DNA from: Ignavibacteriota bacterium
GTDB lineage: Bacteria > Bacteroidota > Ignavibacteria > UBA10030
Direction of reading: 5' to 3'
DNA length: 32,361 bases
NCBI GenBank assembly: GCA_003162695.1
Contig: PMML01000054.1
Span: 1 to 32,361 of the forward strand
Both the position numbers and the translations under genes were made by a program. The notes under the pieces were generated by a model. That model saw only the letters and a list, made by a program, of their open reading frames with translations. It did no database searches and was not told where the DNA came from. This document shows, one piece after another, positions 8,090 through 16,988 of the stretch; within the stretch, counting starts at the first letter, position 1; each line of letters starts with the position of its first letter.

Positions 8090-9718
8090 ATGAAAAAAAG
8101 ATTTTCCACTATTACAGTATGTGCTTTGATTATCGTCAGTATGATCGCGGGGATGGGAATTAATCGTCTGATATCGGCGGATAATCTTTATGACCAAATA
8201 CGCAAATTCGGAGATATTCTGAGTTTCGTAGAAAAAAATTATGTCGACGAGGTTGATACCGGAAAATTAACGGATGCCGCTATTGTCGGTATGCTGAATT
8301 CCCTCGATCCGCATTCAATCTATATTCCGCCGAAGCAGTTTGAAAAAGTGGTTGAAGATTTTAAGGGGAAATTTGAAGGGGTTGGAATCTCTTTCCGAGT
8401 TATCAATGATACGATTACAGTTATTGAGCCGATTGCCGGCGGACCATCTGCACGGATGGGTGTCCTTTCCGATGACCGTATCGTGAAAATTAACGACTCC
8501 TCTTCTATCAAGTATACCGATCAAGATGTTATGAAGAGACTGCGAGGTCCGAAAGGGACAAAAGTCAGAATAACGATCAAGCGTCCCGGTGAAAAGGATC
8601 TTCTCGATTTTGAAATTATCCGTGACGTTATTTCCATCTATAGTATCGATGCATCCATGATGGTCAGTCAAGATGTCGGTTATGTGCGGGTCAATCAATT
8701 TAAGGAAACGACACACGAGGAGTTTGCGGCCGCGCTTCAAAAATTGCAGAGTCAGGGAATGAAACGGCTGATACTCGATCTCCGCGATAACGGCGGCGGA
8801 TATCTTGAAGAAGCGTATCACATGGCGGATCAATTTTTATCGGGAGGAACGGCGGAACATCCCCGAACGATTGTCTATACGAAATCCCGCAAAGCGGAAT
8901 TCGAGGAAGCTTATTATGCACAGTCGGGCGATCCGTATGAAAAGCTGCCGCTGATCATTCTCGTGAACCATGGAACAGCGAGTGCAAGCGAGATTGTGTC
9001 GGGAGCAATCCAGGATTGGGATCGTGGACTTGTCGTGGGAGAAACGACATTTGGAAAAGGATTGGTTCAACGTCAATATCCGCTGAGGGACGGTTCGGCG
9101 TTCCGGCTGACCGTTGCGCGATACTATACTCCGAGCGGCCGCCTTATCCAGCGTTCCTATGAAGGGAAGAACAAAGACGAATACCAGATGGAAGCGTTCC
9201 AGCGGGATGAACAAGAGGGCGAAAACATAGATCATACTCATGATGAAAAATCCGACAGTACGATTCCGAAATTTAAAACATTCGGCGGCCGCACGGTTCT
9301 CGGCGGCGGCGGGATTACGCCGGATTATGTCGTAAAATCCGGAAATCTTACGGGACTTGTTCAAACTCTCTGGAGGCGTAATATTTTCTACGACTATTCA
9401 AAAGAATATATTGAAGGTCCCGGAAATTCAGTTCGGTCTAAATACGGACAGGATTTAGAAAAATTCAAATCGTCGTTCCAGATATCGGATCCAATGCTCC
9501 AGGATTTCCGAAAGTATATTGCGACAAAGAAGATCGTGATCGATGAAAAAGAATATCAAGAGGATCTGAACTTCATTAAAGCCAGGTTGAAGGCACAGAT
9601 CGCTCAATGGCTCTTCGGGTTTGAAGGATATATTGGCGTGATTCTTGAAGTGGACAACCAATTCCAAAAAGCAATGACGTTGTTTCCGGAAGCAGAAAAA
9701 ATATCAAATCTAAAGTAA
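8090..9718 (+). CDS. Carboxyl-terminal processing protease (S41A) with N-terminal signal/anchor and PDZ domain
   Basis: LDPHS, FEGVGI (PDZ), LRGPKGTKV, LDLRDNGGG, ASASEI (catalytic Ser), TFGKG (catalytic Lys). ATG 8090 follows AAGGA and opens a hydrophobic signal-like segment. Confidence 0.95.
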   Translation: MKKRFSTITVCALIIVSMIAGMGINRLISADNLYDQIRKFGDILSFVEKNYVDEVDTGKLTDAAIVGMLNSLDPHSIYIPPKQFEKVVEDFKGKFEGVGISFRVINDTITVIEPIAGGPSARMGVLSDDRIVKINDSSSIKYTDQDVMKRLRGPKGTKVRITIKRPGEKDLLDFEIIRDVISIYSIDASMMVSQDVGYVRVNQFKETTHEEFAAALQKLQSQGMKRLILDLRDNGGGYLEEAYHMADQFLSGGTAEHPRTIVYTKSRKAEFEEAYYAQSGDPYEKLPLIILVNHGTASASEIVSGAIQDWDRGLVVGETTFGKGLVQRQYPLRDGSAFRLTVARYYTPSGRLIQRSYEGKNKDEYQMEAFQRDEQEGENIDHTHDEKSDSTIPKFKTFGGRTVLGGGGITPDYVVKSGNLTGLVQTLWRRNIFYDYSKEYIEGPGNSVRSKYGQDLEKFKSSFQISDPMLQDFRKYIATKKIVIDEKEYQEDLNFIKARLKAQIAQWLFGFEGYIGVILEVDNQFQKAMTLFPEAEKISNLK

Positions 9719-9731
9719 TAGGGGAAAAACA

Positions 9732-10589
9732 ATGCTACAAAGAAAAAGGATAGTTTGGTGCAGTATTCTTTGCGGAGTCCTTCTTGCCGTATGTTCGCTG
9801 GGTCTACGCAGTGATCGGTCGATCGTTGTTCCCGGAGACATGACACTGACCGAAAATCAGCTGGGATCTATGCTTCAGGTCGGCGAAGAACTTGTCTATG
9901 GAGTGCATTATTCTTTTTTTAACATTGGAACAATACGCATGAGGGTCAATTCAAAAGAAAATGTCGATGGCAGGGAAATTTACCACACTACGGCAGTTAT
10001 AAATTCAAATTCCTCTCTCTCCTGGCTCGTAGAACTGCATATCCGGTTTTACAGCGGTATTGATCAGGACCTGTTCACGCATACATGGTTGAGTGAGGAC
10101 AGCTCAAAGAAAACAATCTCGTACAGAAAAATATGGTTTCAATACCAGGACAACACTCTGCACGGAGAGAACGGAACGAAAAATGACGGTACATACAGGC
10201 CGGAAAAATTTGACACGGCGAAAATATCCGGGCACTGCCAGGACGGGCTCTCGTTATTCTTCTATGCACGCGGCAATGCCCGCCGGAAAAAAGAGCAGTA
10301 CGTGCCGACATGTATCGACAATAAGGAAGTAAAGACATATATTAATTTTCTTAATGAACGGGAAAAAGTGGAAATCGATTCGGTTCAATATCCGATCGAC
10401 TGTGTTCACTTTGAAGGACGTGCGGACTTTACAGGAATTTTCGGCCTGACGGGCGGATTCGAAGGATGGTTCAGCAACGATCAGGCGTGTATTCCCATTA
10501 AGGCAAAAATGAAAGTAATTCTTGGCAGCGTCAAAGTCGAACTGTTAAGCTGGAAGAGAAGTTCTTGGACTCCCCCGAAATGGAATTAA
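9732..10589 (+). CDS. Exported protein, DUF3108-like
   Basis: Signal peptide, then GEELVYGVHYSFFNIG and C-terminal WFSNDQACIPIKAKMKVILGSVKVEL, which match the DUF3108 pattern. Confidence 0.7.
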   Translation: MLQRKRIVWCSILCGVLLAVCSLGLRSDRSIVVPGDMTLTENQLGSMLQVGEELVYGVHYSFFNIGTIRMRVNSKENVDGREIYHTTAVINSNSSLSWLVELHIRFYSGIDQDLFTHTWLSEDSSKKTISYRKIWFQYQDNTLHGENGTKNDGTYRPEKFDTAKISGHCQDGLSLFFYARGNARRKKEQYVPTCIDNKEVKTYINFLNEREKVEIDSVQYPIDCVHFEGRADFTGIFGLTGGFEGWFSNDQACIPIKAKMKVILGSVKVELLSWKRSSWTPPKWN

Positions 10590-11107
10590 AGTCATATTCG
10601 GTAATCAAATACGATGGAATAGAACCGAAAATTCATCGGTCTGTATTTCTTGCAGACGGGGCGAGGATTATCGGTAATGTCGAAATAGAAGAAGACGCCG
10701 GTGTCTGGTTTAATGCAGTTTTAAGGGGCGATGTAAATTCCATCCATATCGGAAAACGCACCAATATTCAAGATACTGCCGTGGTTCATGTAACGCACGA
10801 AAATTATGCGGTCCGCATCGGTGAAAATAATACCATTGGCCACGGAGCCATTTTGCATGGATGCACTATTGGGAATTTTAATTTAATTGGAATGGGATCC
10901 TGTATTCTCGATGGTGCGAGAATAGGCGATTACAGTATGATTGCTGCGGGGACATTGGTCATGGAAAAGTATGACGTGCCGGATGGTGTTTTAGTGGCGG
11001 GCATACCGGGAAAAATAAAACGGCTGCTTACTCATGAAGAAAAAACATTTTTTGAACAATCGGCTCGAAGCTATGTTGACGAAGCCAAAAAATATATGAC
11101 CGTATAA
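10580..11107 (+). CDS. Gamma-carbonic anhydrase family protein (YrdA/PaaY-like hexapeptide repeat)
   Basis: VWFNAVLRGD, TNIQD, VVHV, IGHGAILHGC (three His metal ligands) and left-handed beta-helix repeats. ATG 10580 overlaps the upstream stop region. Confidence 0.93.
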   Translation: MELKSYSVIKYDGIEPKIHRSVFLADGARIIGNVEIEEDAGVWFNAVLRGDVNSIHIGKRTNIQDTAVVHVTHENYAVRIGENNTIGHGAILHGCTIGNFNLIGMGSCILDGARIGDYSMIAAGTLVMEKYDVPDGVLVAGIPGKIKRLLTHEEKTFFEQSARSYVDEAKKYMTV

Positions 11108-11124
11108 AATCGGAAGGAGTTTCT

Positions 11125-12024
11125 ATGAAGCTCACATTTTGGGGCGTTCGGGGGTCGATTCCGACTCCAGGTAAACATACCGTTCGTTACGGCGGCAATA
11201 CACCGTGTCTGGAATTGAGACTCGACGACGATAAGCTGCTTATTTTTGATGCAGGGACTGGAATTCGAAGTTTTGGCGAATTTCTCATAAACAATGGAGA
11301 ATCTGTAAAGGCATATTTGTTTATCTCTCATCCGCACTGGGATCATATTCAGGGATTCCCCTTTTTCAAACCGGCGTTCATTCCCGGCAATGAACTGACG
11401 ATTGTCGGTACGGAACGTCCGGAAAAACCTTTGAACGAGATCATTGCCGAGCAGATGAATCGAATTTATTTTCCTGTACAGCTGCATGATCTCAAAGCAA
11501 AAATAAATTTTGTACCTATAACTGAAGAACAGGAAATACAGGTATACGATGCAGTCGTAAAGATGATTTATGTTAATCATCCAGGCTTTACCATCGGTTA
11601 CAGAATCGAATATAAGAAAAAGGTTTTGATCTATATCAGTGATAACGAGCCGTTTGATGCTGCCGCAGCGGATTCGCTGGCAAATTTCGAACCAAAAGTG
11701 AAGGATAAATTTCGAGCTATGAAAGGAGATCCGAACCAGCGTATTTTCGATTTCTGTCGTGATGCCGATGTTCTGATTCATGATGCGACTTATACACCTG
11801 AAGAATATATCGACCGCGTGGGTTGGGGACACTCCGATTACCTTTTCGCATTGCGCGTGGCGGTAGAAGCGCATGCGAAACGTTTATACCTTTTTCATCA
11901 TGATCAGAATCACAGCGACGAGAAGGTAGACGATATTTTAAAAAAATGTAAAAAAGAAATTCGAAGCCGCGGTTATTCGCTGGAATGCGAAGCGGCGATC
12001 GAAAATACGACGATTACCATCTGA
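11125..12024 (+). CDS. MBL-fold metallo-hydrolase (RNase Z/phosphodiesterase-like, WGVRGS subfamily)
   Basis: WGVRGSIPTPG, YGGNTPC, DAGTG, SHPHWDHIQG (HxHxDH), HPG, SDNE, GWGHS, LFHHD. AAGGAG RBS. Confidence 0.92.
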   Translation: MKLTFWGVRGSIPTPGKHTVRYGGNTPCLELRLDDDKLLIFDAGTGIRSFGEFLINNGESVKAYLFISHPHWDHIQGFPFFKPAFIPGNELTIVGTERPEKPLNEIIAEQMNRIYFPVQLHDLKAKINFVPITEEQEIQVYDAVVKMIYVNHPGFTIGYRIEYKKKVLIYISDNEPFDAAAADSLANFEPKVKDKFRAMKGDPNQRIFDFCRDADVLIHDATYTPEEYIDRVGWGHSDYLFALRVAVEAHAKRLYLFHHDQNHSDEKVDDILKKCKKEIRSRGYSLECEAAIENTTITI

Positions 12025-12027
12025 AAC

Positions 12028-12058
12028 TTGACATTCAGAAAGGTTGCAGGTATATTTG
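12028..12058 (+). promoter_or_regulatory. Strong sigma70-type promoter TTGACA-17-TATATT(TG)
   Basis: Perfect -35 at 12028-12033, 17-bp spacer, TATATT at 12051-12056. Confidence 0.8.
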
Positions 12059-12087
12059 CGTGAAGAAAGCTTGAACGGAAAGATCGT

Positions 12088-12582
12088 ATGAAGTTTGCAT
12101 TTGCACGAACTGACATTAAAAAAATTGCACGAATATTAGAAGTACAGCCGAAAAAAATCGGCGACGGCGTACGCTTCGAGATTCTCAATGCTCCTCGCAG
12201 CAGCCGTCTTTCGGTAGAAATATATTCCGGCATCGATATCGGTTTGCGAAAAGGGAATCTCATCTCAGTCTACACGGCGGCTTCCCATCTTCAGCTTCAT
12301 TATTGCACCGGCTATGTTGTCAGCGCAATACTGGGAGAAGTTACGTTCATCGGTGAATCGAACGGAAAATTATCCGGTCTGACGATCGAGCGCGGGGGAG
12401 GATGCTCTCTCTATGCCAATGTCGATCGTGCTATTTTATCCGGAGATTTTACGAGATTGGGTCCTGAAGTCATGTTGTCTGGAATAGCATTATCGCTCAC
12501 CGAATCGGTACTTCTTCCCCTCCCTCTAGCCGGGAACAAGACTTCTTCGAATGTCCAGAAACGGAGAAAACGATCCGGATGA
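12088..12582 (+). CDS. Hypothetical protein (predicted beta-rich, 164 aa)
   Basis: Clean ORF directly behind a consensus promoter, with ATGA coupling to ybeY. No family recognised. Confidence 0.8.
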   Translation: MKFAFARTDIKKIARILEVQPKKIGDGVRFEILNAPRSSRLSVEIYSGIDIGLRKGNLISVYTAASHLQLHYCTGYVVSAILGEVTFIGESNGKLSGLTIERGGGCSLYANVDRAILSGDFTRLGPEVMLSGIALSLTESVLLPLPLAGNKTSSNVQKRRKRSG

Positions 12583-13028
12583 TTTTCGTTTCACATAATC
12601 ACCCATTTTTACGGTTCCCTAAAGAATTGGTTCCCCGTGTTTTTCGATGCGTTTACACCGGAGAGGGGCGGAGCACATTGCCTGCAATGTCCATCGTGTT
12701 TACTGACGCTCAAGAGATACGGGCGCTGAATCGAAAATATTTGCAGCATCAATATGATACGGACATTATAACATTTGATCTCGGCGACGAAAGCGGCGAG
12801 GAGGCGGAACTCTATATCAATTTAGATGCAGCTCGACGGCAAGCCGCCGAATACGGCGTAACGTTTCGGGATGAGACACAGCGGCTTCTTATCCATGGTG
12901 CTTTACATTTGCTTGGATATCATGATGGAACGACTGACGAACAAACCGTTATCCATGACCGCGAGGATAGATACTTATCGATGCTCTCTACATATAAAGA
13001 AAGAAAAGATGCAGGAAAGAATCGTTGA
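12579..13028 (+). CDS. ybeY: rRNA maturation endoribonuclease YbeY
   Basis: LNRKYL...TDIITF and LIHGALHLLGYHD (HGxLHLxGYxD). Confidence 0.93.
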   Translation: MIFVSHNHPFLRFPKELVPRVFRCVYTGEGRSTLPAMSIVFTDAQEIRALNRKYLQHQYDTDIITFDLGDESGEEAELYINLDAARRQAAEYGVTFRDETQRLLIHGALHLLGYHDGTTDEQTVIHDREDRYLSMLSTYKERKDAGKNR

Positions 13029-13455
13029 AATTATTATTTATCTTGTGGGTGAGCTGCGTTTAGATAAACGGCTGCACGAAGTCGATCTGAGTTCTTTAAT
13101 GCGGCAAGGTTATACACAAGGTGAAATCTCCAAAGCGTTTTCGTGGTTTTTTGAGCGAATGATCGATCTGAAGAATCCATCGCTCACGGTCCAGGCTAAA
13201 GCTGTTTCTCACCGGCAGTTGAATGATGCAGAGCGCATGATGATCCTGCCGGATGCCTTCGGATATTTGATCCAGTGTGCTCAATTGGGCTTGCTCGGAA
13301 ACGCTGAAATCGAATCGGTAATTGACACCATTATGGGATCGGGACTCTCTGCGCTGGGGATTTCCGAAATGAAAACTCTGGTCGCAGGACATATATTCGA
13401 TCCTGGAAGGATGAACTCTAAGCTGATTTTCGGCTCAAATGATACTATTCACTGA
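13009..13455 (+). CDS. DUF494 / Smg family protein
   Basis: MQERIVEIIIYL, GYTQGEISKAFSW, R-x-L-x-x-x-E, AFGYLIQ..QLGLL...E, C-terminal IH. Located immediately upstream of topA. Confidence 0.8.
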   Translation: MQERIVEIIIYLVGELRLDKRLHEVDLSSLMRQGYTQGEISKAFSWFFERMIDLKNPSLTVQAKAVSHRQLNDAERMMILPDAFGYLIQCAQLGLLGNAEIESVIDTIMGSGLSALGISEMKTLVAGHIFDPGRMNSKLIFGSNDTIH

Positions 13456-13457
13456 AT

Positions 13458-15725
13458 ATGGGAATTATGGAAAAATCATTATTAATCGTTGAATCCCCTG
13501 CAAAAGCAAAAACCATCAACAAATATCTTGGAAAAGATTACATAGTCGAGGCTTCGGTCGGCCATATCAAGAATTTGCCGAAAAGCAAATTAAGCGTCGA
13601 TGTAGAAAATGGTTTTGAGGTTTCGTATGAAACAATCGCAGGTAAAGAATCGGTTGTAGAAAAATTACGAACACATGCGGAGAAGGCGAAAACCGTCTTC
13701 ATTGCAACTGACCCTGATCGAGAAGGAGAGGCGATAGCCGCACATATAGCCGGCGAACTGAAAGGCATCAATAAAAATATCAAGCGTGTCCTTTTCCATG
13801 AGATCACGGAAAGCGGCGTCAAGGACGGCATGGCTCATCCGAAAAAAATAGATCAGCACCTGGTGATGTCACAGCAGGCACGACGGGCGCTGGACCGCAT
13901 CGTCGGTTATAAAGTCACTCCGTTTATATGGAAGACGATGTATTATGGACTTTCTGCCGGAAGAGTGCAATCTGTTACCGTGCGTATCATTTGCGATAGG
14001 GAAGTGCTCATTAGAGGTTTTGTTCCGGAAGAATACTGGTCGATGACGGCGGAATTCAGAACACTCGATGAAGAAAAATTCCTCGCAAAGCTGACAAAAG
14101 TTGCGGGTGAAGATCCGCGGATTCCCGATGAAACGACGATGAAAGGATATCTGGAAGATATCCCGAAACACCAATTCAAAATTGGAGCGATTAATCGCCG
14201 TATTGTGAAGCGCAACGCGCCGGCCCCGTTTATTACAAGCACGCTGCAGCAGGAAGCGGCGCGAAGGCTGCGGATGTCTACAAAGCGAGCCATGATACTC
14301 GCACAAAAGCTTTATGAGGGAGTCAATATAGGAGACGAAGGACCGACAGGACTTATTACGTACATGCGAACGGATTCGACGCGTCTCAGCAGCGAAGCCG
14401 TTGCACAGGTGCGGGAATATATCTATAATAATTACGGTAAAGAATATTTACCGAAAGAACCGCGTCTTTTTAAAAAAGGCAAATCCTCTCAGGATGCGCA
14501 TGAAGCCATCCGTCCGACTTCCATAAAATATGCGCCCAAAACTATAAAGAAATATCTTGATAAAGATATGTACGCACTTTATGAATTGATCTGGAACCGA
14601 TTTGTTGCATGTCAAATGAATCCCGCGGAGTTTGAGCAGATATCAATTGATGTCGAAGGAGGAGACTATTTGTTTAGGGCTACGGATCAGAAAGCCAAGT
14701 TTAGAGGATTTCTGCAGGTGTTTGACGATATCGCGGAAGAAAGCACGGCTGAAAATGAAGATACTGATCCGACTTCGAAGCTTCCTGAGCAACTTGTTCA
14801 GGGACAAAAAACCGCAATCAACGATGTGCTGCCACGTCAGCATTTTACCAAACCTCCTGCACGCTATACGGAAGCAAGTCTTGTGAAAGAATTGGAATCT
14901 TTGGGCATCGGACGTCCAAGCACGTATGCTCTCATCGTTTCTACGGTTATCGATAGAAATTATGTGGAACAAAAGGAACGGAAATTGTTTGCCACCGATC
15001 TGGGAATGCAGGTCAACAGCCTCCTGCTTGCCCATTTCCCGGAAATTGTCAATATACAATTTACCGCACGAATGGAGAATGAACTCGATACGATTGCATC
15101 CGGGAAACAGGAATATATAAAAGTGATGCAGGATTTCTATGAACCATTTTATCGTTCGGTGGAAAAAGCTTCCAGTCTTGCCGGGAGTATTAAGAAATCG
15201 CTTCAAACGACGACGGAGGAACTGTGTGAATTGTGCGGCAAGCCGATGGTGATTAAATGGGGCAGGAACGGAAGATTTATGGCATGTTCGGGATATCCGG
15301 AGTGTAAGAACACCAAGCCGCTTGCAGAAGATGCACAAAAACATCAGCACGTTGTCGGCGGGAAGTGTGAATTATGCGGCGGAGATATGGTTGTCAAAGG
15401 AGGGCGTTTTGGAACGTTCCTCGGCTGTTCGAATTATCCGGCGTGTAAGAATACCAAGCCGATTTCGATGGGTATAAAATGCCCGAAGTGTACACAAGGG
15501 GAACTTGTTGAACGAAAAACAAAAAAAGGGAAACGCGTGTTTTACGGATGCTCGCGGTATCCGGATTGCGATTTTGCTTCATGGGATAAACCGGTAAATC
15601 AGGCATGTCCGGCTTGTCATAACGCATACATCGTCTCAAAATATTCGAAAACAAAAGGGAACTATTTGATGTGTCCCGCATGCAAACAAGAGGTCGTTCA
15701 AACAGAACTCGCTGAATCGGCATAA
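13458..15725 (+). CDS. topA: DNA topoisomerase I with four C-terminal Zn ribbons
   Basis: LIVESPAKAKTI, ATDPDREGEAIA, SAGRVQS, LITYMRTDS (catalytic Tyr), GIGRPSTYA, repeated CxxC...C-x-x-YP-x-C. Alternative start at 13467. Confidence 0.98.
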   Translation: MGIMEKSLLIVESPAKAKTINKYLGKDYIVEASVGHIKNLPKSKLSVDVENGFEVSYETIAGKESVVEKLRTHAEKAKTVFIATDPDREGEAIAAHIAGELKGINKNIKRVLFHEITESGVKDGMAHPKKIDQHLVMSQQARRALDRIVGYKVTPFIWKTMYYGLSAGRVQSVTVRIICDREVLIRGFVPEEYWSMTAEFRTLDEEKFLAKLTKVAGEDPRIPDETTMKGYLEDIPKHQFKIGAINRRIVKRNAPAPFITSTLQQEAARRLRMSTKRAMILAQKLYEGVNIGDEGPTGLITYMRTDSTRLSSEAVAQVREYIYNNYGKEYLPKEPRLFKKGKSSQDAHEAIRPTSIKYAPKTIKKYLDKDMYALYELIWNRFVACQMNPAEFEQISIDVEGGDYLFRATDQKAKFRGFLQVFDDIAEESTAENEDTDPTSKLPEQLVQGQKTAINDVLPRQHFTKPPARYTEASLVKELESLGIGRPSTYALIVSTVIDRNYVEQKERKLFATDLGMQVNSLLLAHFPEIVNIQFTARMENELDTIASGKQEYIKVMQDFYEPFYRSVEKASSLAGSIKKSLQTTTEELCELCGKPMVIKWGRNGRFMACSGYPECKNTKPLAEDAQKHQHVVGGKCELCGGDMVVKGGRFGTFLGCSNYPACKNTKPISMGIKCPKCTQGELVERKTKKGKRVFYGCSRYPDCDFASWDKPVNQACPACHNAYIVSKYSKTKGNYLMCPACKQEVVQTELAESA

Positions 15726-15726
15726 T

Positions 15727-16617
15727 ATGCAGCAACACGTGCGAAATTTTCTTGAATATTTGGAAATTCAAAAGAATTATTCTCCGCATACCGTTCTTTC
15801 CTATGAAACGGATTTGACATCGTTTTTGCAATTTCTTAAAAAAGAATGTATTCAGGACTTCTCACAAGTGAAGAGGGACGTTCTGCGTTTGTTCGTAGGA
15901 ATGCTTATGGACGATGGATTTCAGCCGAGAAGCGTTGCACGCAAAATTGCCGCATTGCGTTCCTTCTTTAAATTTCTTAAAAGGCAGGGAATTATTTCCT
16001 CAAATCCGGCAATCCTTTTAGTGACGCCTCGCCTGCCGAAGCATCTGCCGCAATTTCTTGATGAGCATGCAATGGAAAATGTTCTCCATCTTCCTAACTG
16101 CACGACCGATGAAGGAAAGCGCGACTCCGCAATCCTTGAGCTTCTCTATGGTACCGGTATCCGGGTTGGAGAGCTCGTTGCTCTTTCCATCAAGGATTAC
16201 AGCCGAGAACAAGGGGTTATAAAAGTGAAAGGAAAAGGAAGTAAAGAAAGAATTGTGCCTGTTGGAATGAAAGCTGCCGAAGCCTTGTCCCGTTATTTGC
16301 TGACACGAACTGATATTTCGAGGAGCCGCTCGCCGGCCGGGGTCCCGATGTTTACCGCGAAAAATGCGCAGCGCATCTATCCGCAGGCTGTTCGACGCAT
16401 CGTTAAAAAATTTGTAGGACAGGTATCGGAAATACAAAAAAAGAGTCCTCATATGCTGCGCCACACATTTGCAACTCATCTCTTGAATCGAGGCGCAGAT
16501 CTAAGGGCCGTCAAAGAACTTCTGGGACATGAAAGTTTATCGACGACGCAGGTATATACTCATGTTTCAACTTCACGGTTGAAAAAAATTTATCAAGATA
16601 CGCATCCCAAGGCATAA
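15727..16617 (+). CDS. xerC: Tyrosine recombinase XerC (XerC/D family)
   Basis: YSPHTVLSY, LELLYGTGIRVGEL, KGKGSKER, SPHMLRHTFATHLL, LLGHESLSTTQVYTH. topA-xerC synteny supports XerC over XerD. Confidence 0.88.
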   Translation: MQQHVRNFLEYLEIQKNYSPHTVLSYETDLTSFLQFLKKECIQDFSQVKRDVLRLFVGMLMDDGFQPRSVARKIAALRSFFKFLKRQGIISSNPAILLVTPRLPKHLPQFLDEHAMENVLHLPNCTTDEGKRDSAILELLYGTGIRVGELVALSIKDYSREQGVIKVKGKGSKERIVPVGMKAAEALSRYLLTRTDISRSRSPAGVPMFTAKNAQRIYPQAVRRIVKKFVGQVSEIQKKSPHMLRHTFATHLLNRGADLRAVKELLGHESLSTTQVYTHVSTSRLKKIYQDTHPKA

Positions 16618-16643
16618 TCATCGGCTCACGAAGGAGGACGTCT

Positions 16644-16976
16644 ATGCAGATCAAAGTAACGGCACGTCATTTTAAGGCGCATGATTCGCTCATTGCGTAT
16701 ACCGAAGAAATATTGGAAAAACTCAATCACTTCTACGATGGCATCATAAAAGCGGACGTCATTCTTTTCTTCGAAAAGAAACCTAAGGATGGAAAAATTG
16801 CGGAAATTACCATCTCGGTATACGGCACTGTTCTCACAGCGATAGGAAAGAGTGATGAGTATACAAAATCCATCGATATCGCAGTGGAGAAGGCTCTTGT
16901 TCAGCTTAAGAAATATAAAGGCAAACTTCACACGAAAGACAGAAAAGAAGTGCGAAAAGCGCGGGATAAAGAATAG
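16644..16976 (+). CDS. hpf: Ribosome hibernation promoting factor (short HPF/RaiA)
   Basis: MQIKVTARH...SIDIAVEK..VQLKKYKGK; AAGGAGG RBS. Confidence 0.9.
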   Translation: MQIKVTARHFKAHDSLIAYTEEILEKLNHFYDGIIKADVILFFEKKPKDGKIAEITISVYGTVLTAIGKSDEYTKSIDIAVEKALVQLKKYKGKLHTKDRKEVRKARDKE

Positions 16977-16988
16977 AAAGGGAACTGT

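Noticed and set aside
11071-11874. 267-aa minus-strand ORF
   Set aside because: Lies antisense to the well-supported MBL hydrolase and has no protein motifs; a shadow ORF.
14643-15350. 235-aa minus-strand ORF, and the other antisense or alternate-frame ORFs in the track
   Set aside because: All overlap conserved + strand genes and show no family features.
15727-16617. Tyrosine recombinase as a phage or island integrase
   Set aside because: Xer-type sequence in housekeeping synteny with topA; no att repeats, tRNA or cargo genes nearby, and no dif site recognised.
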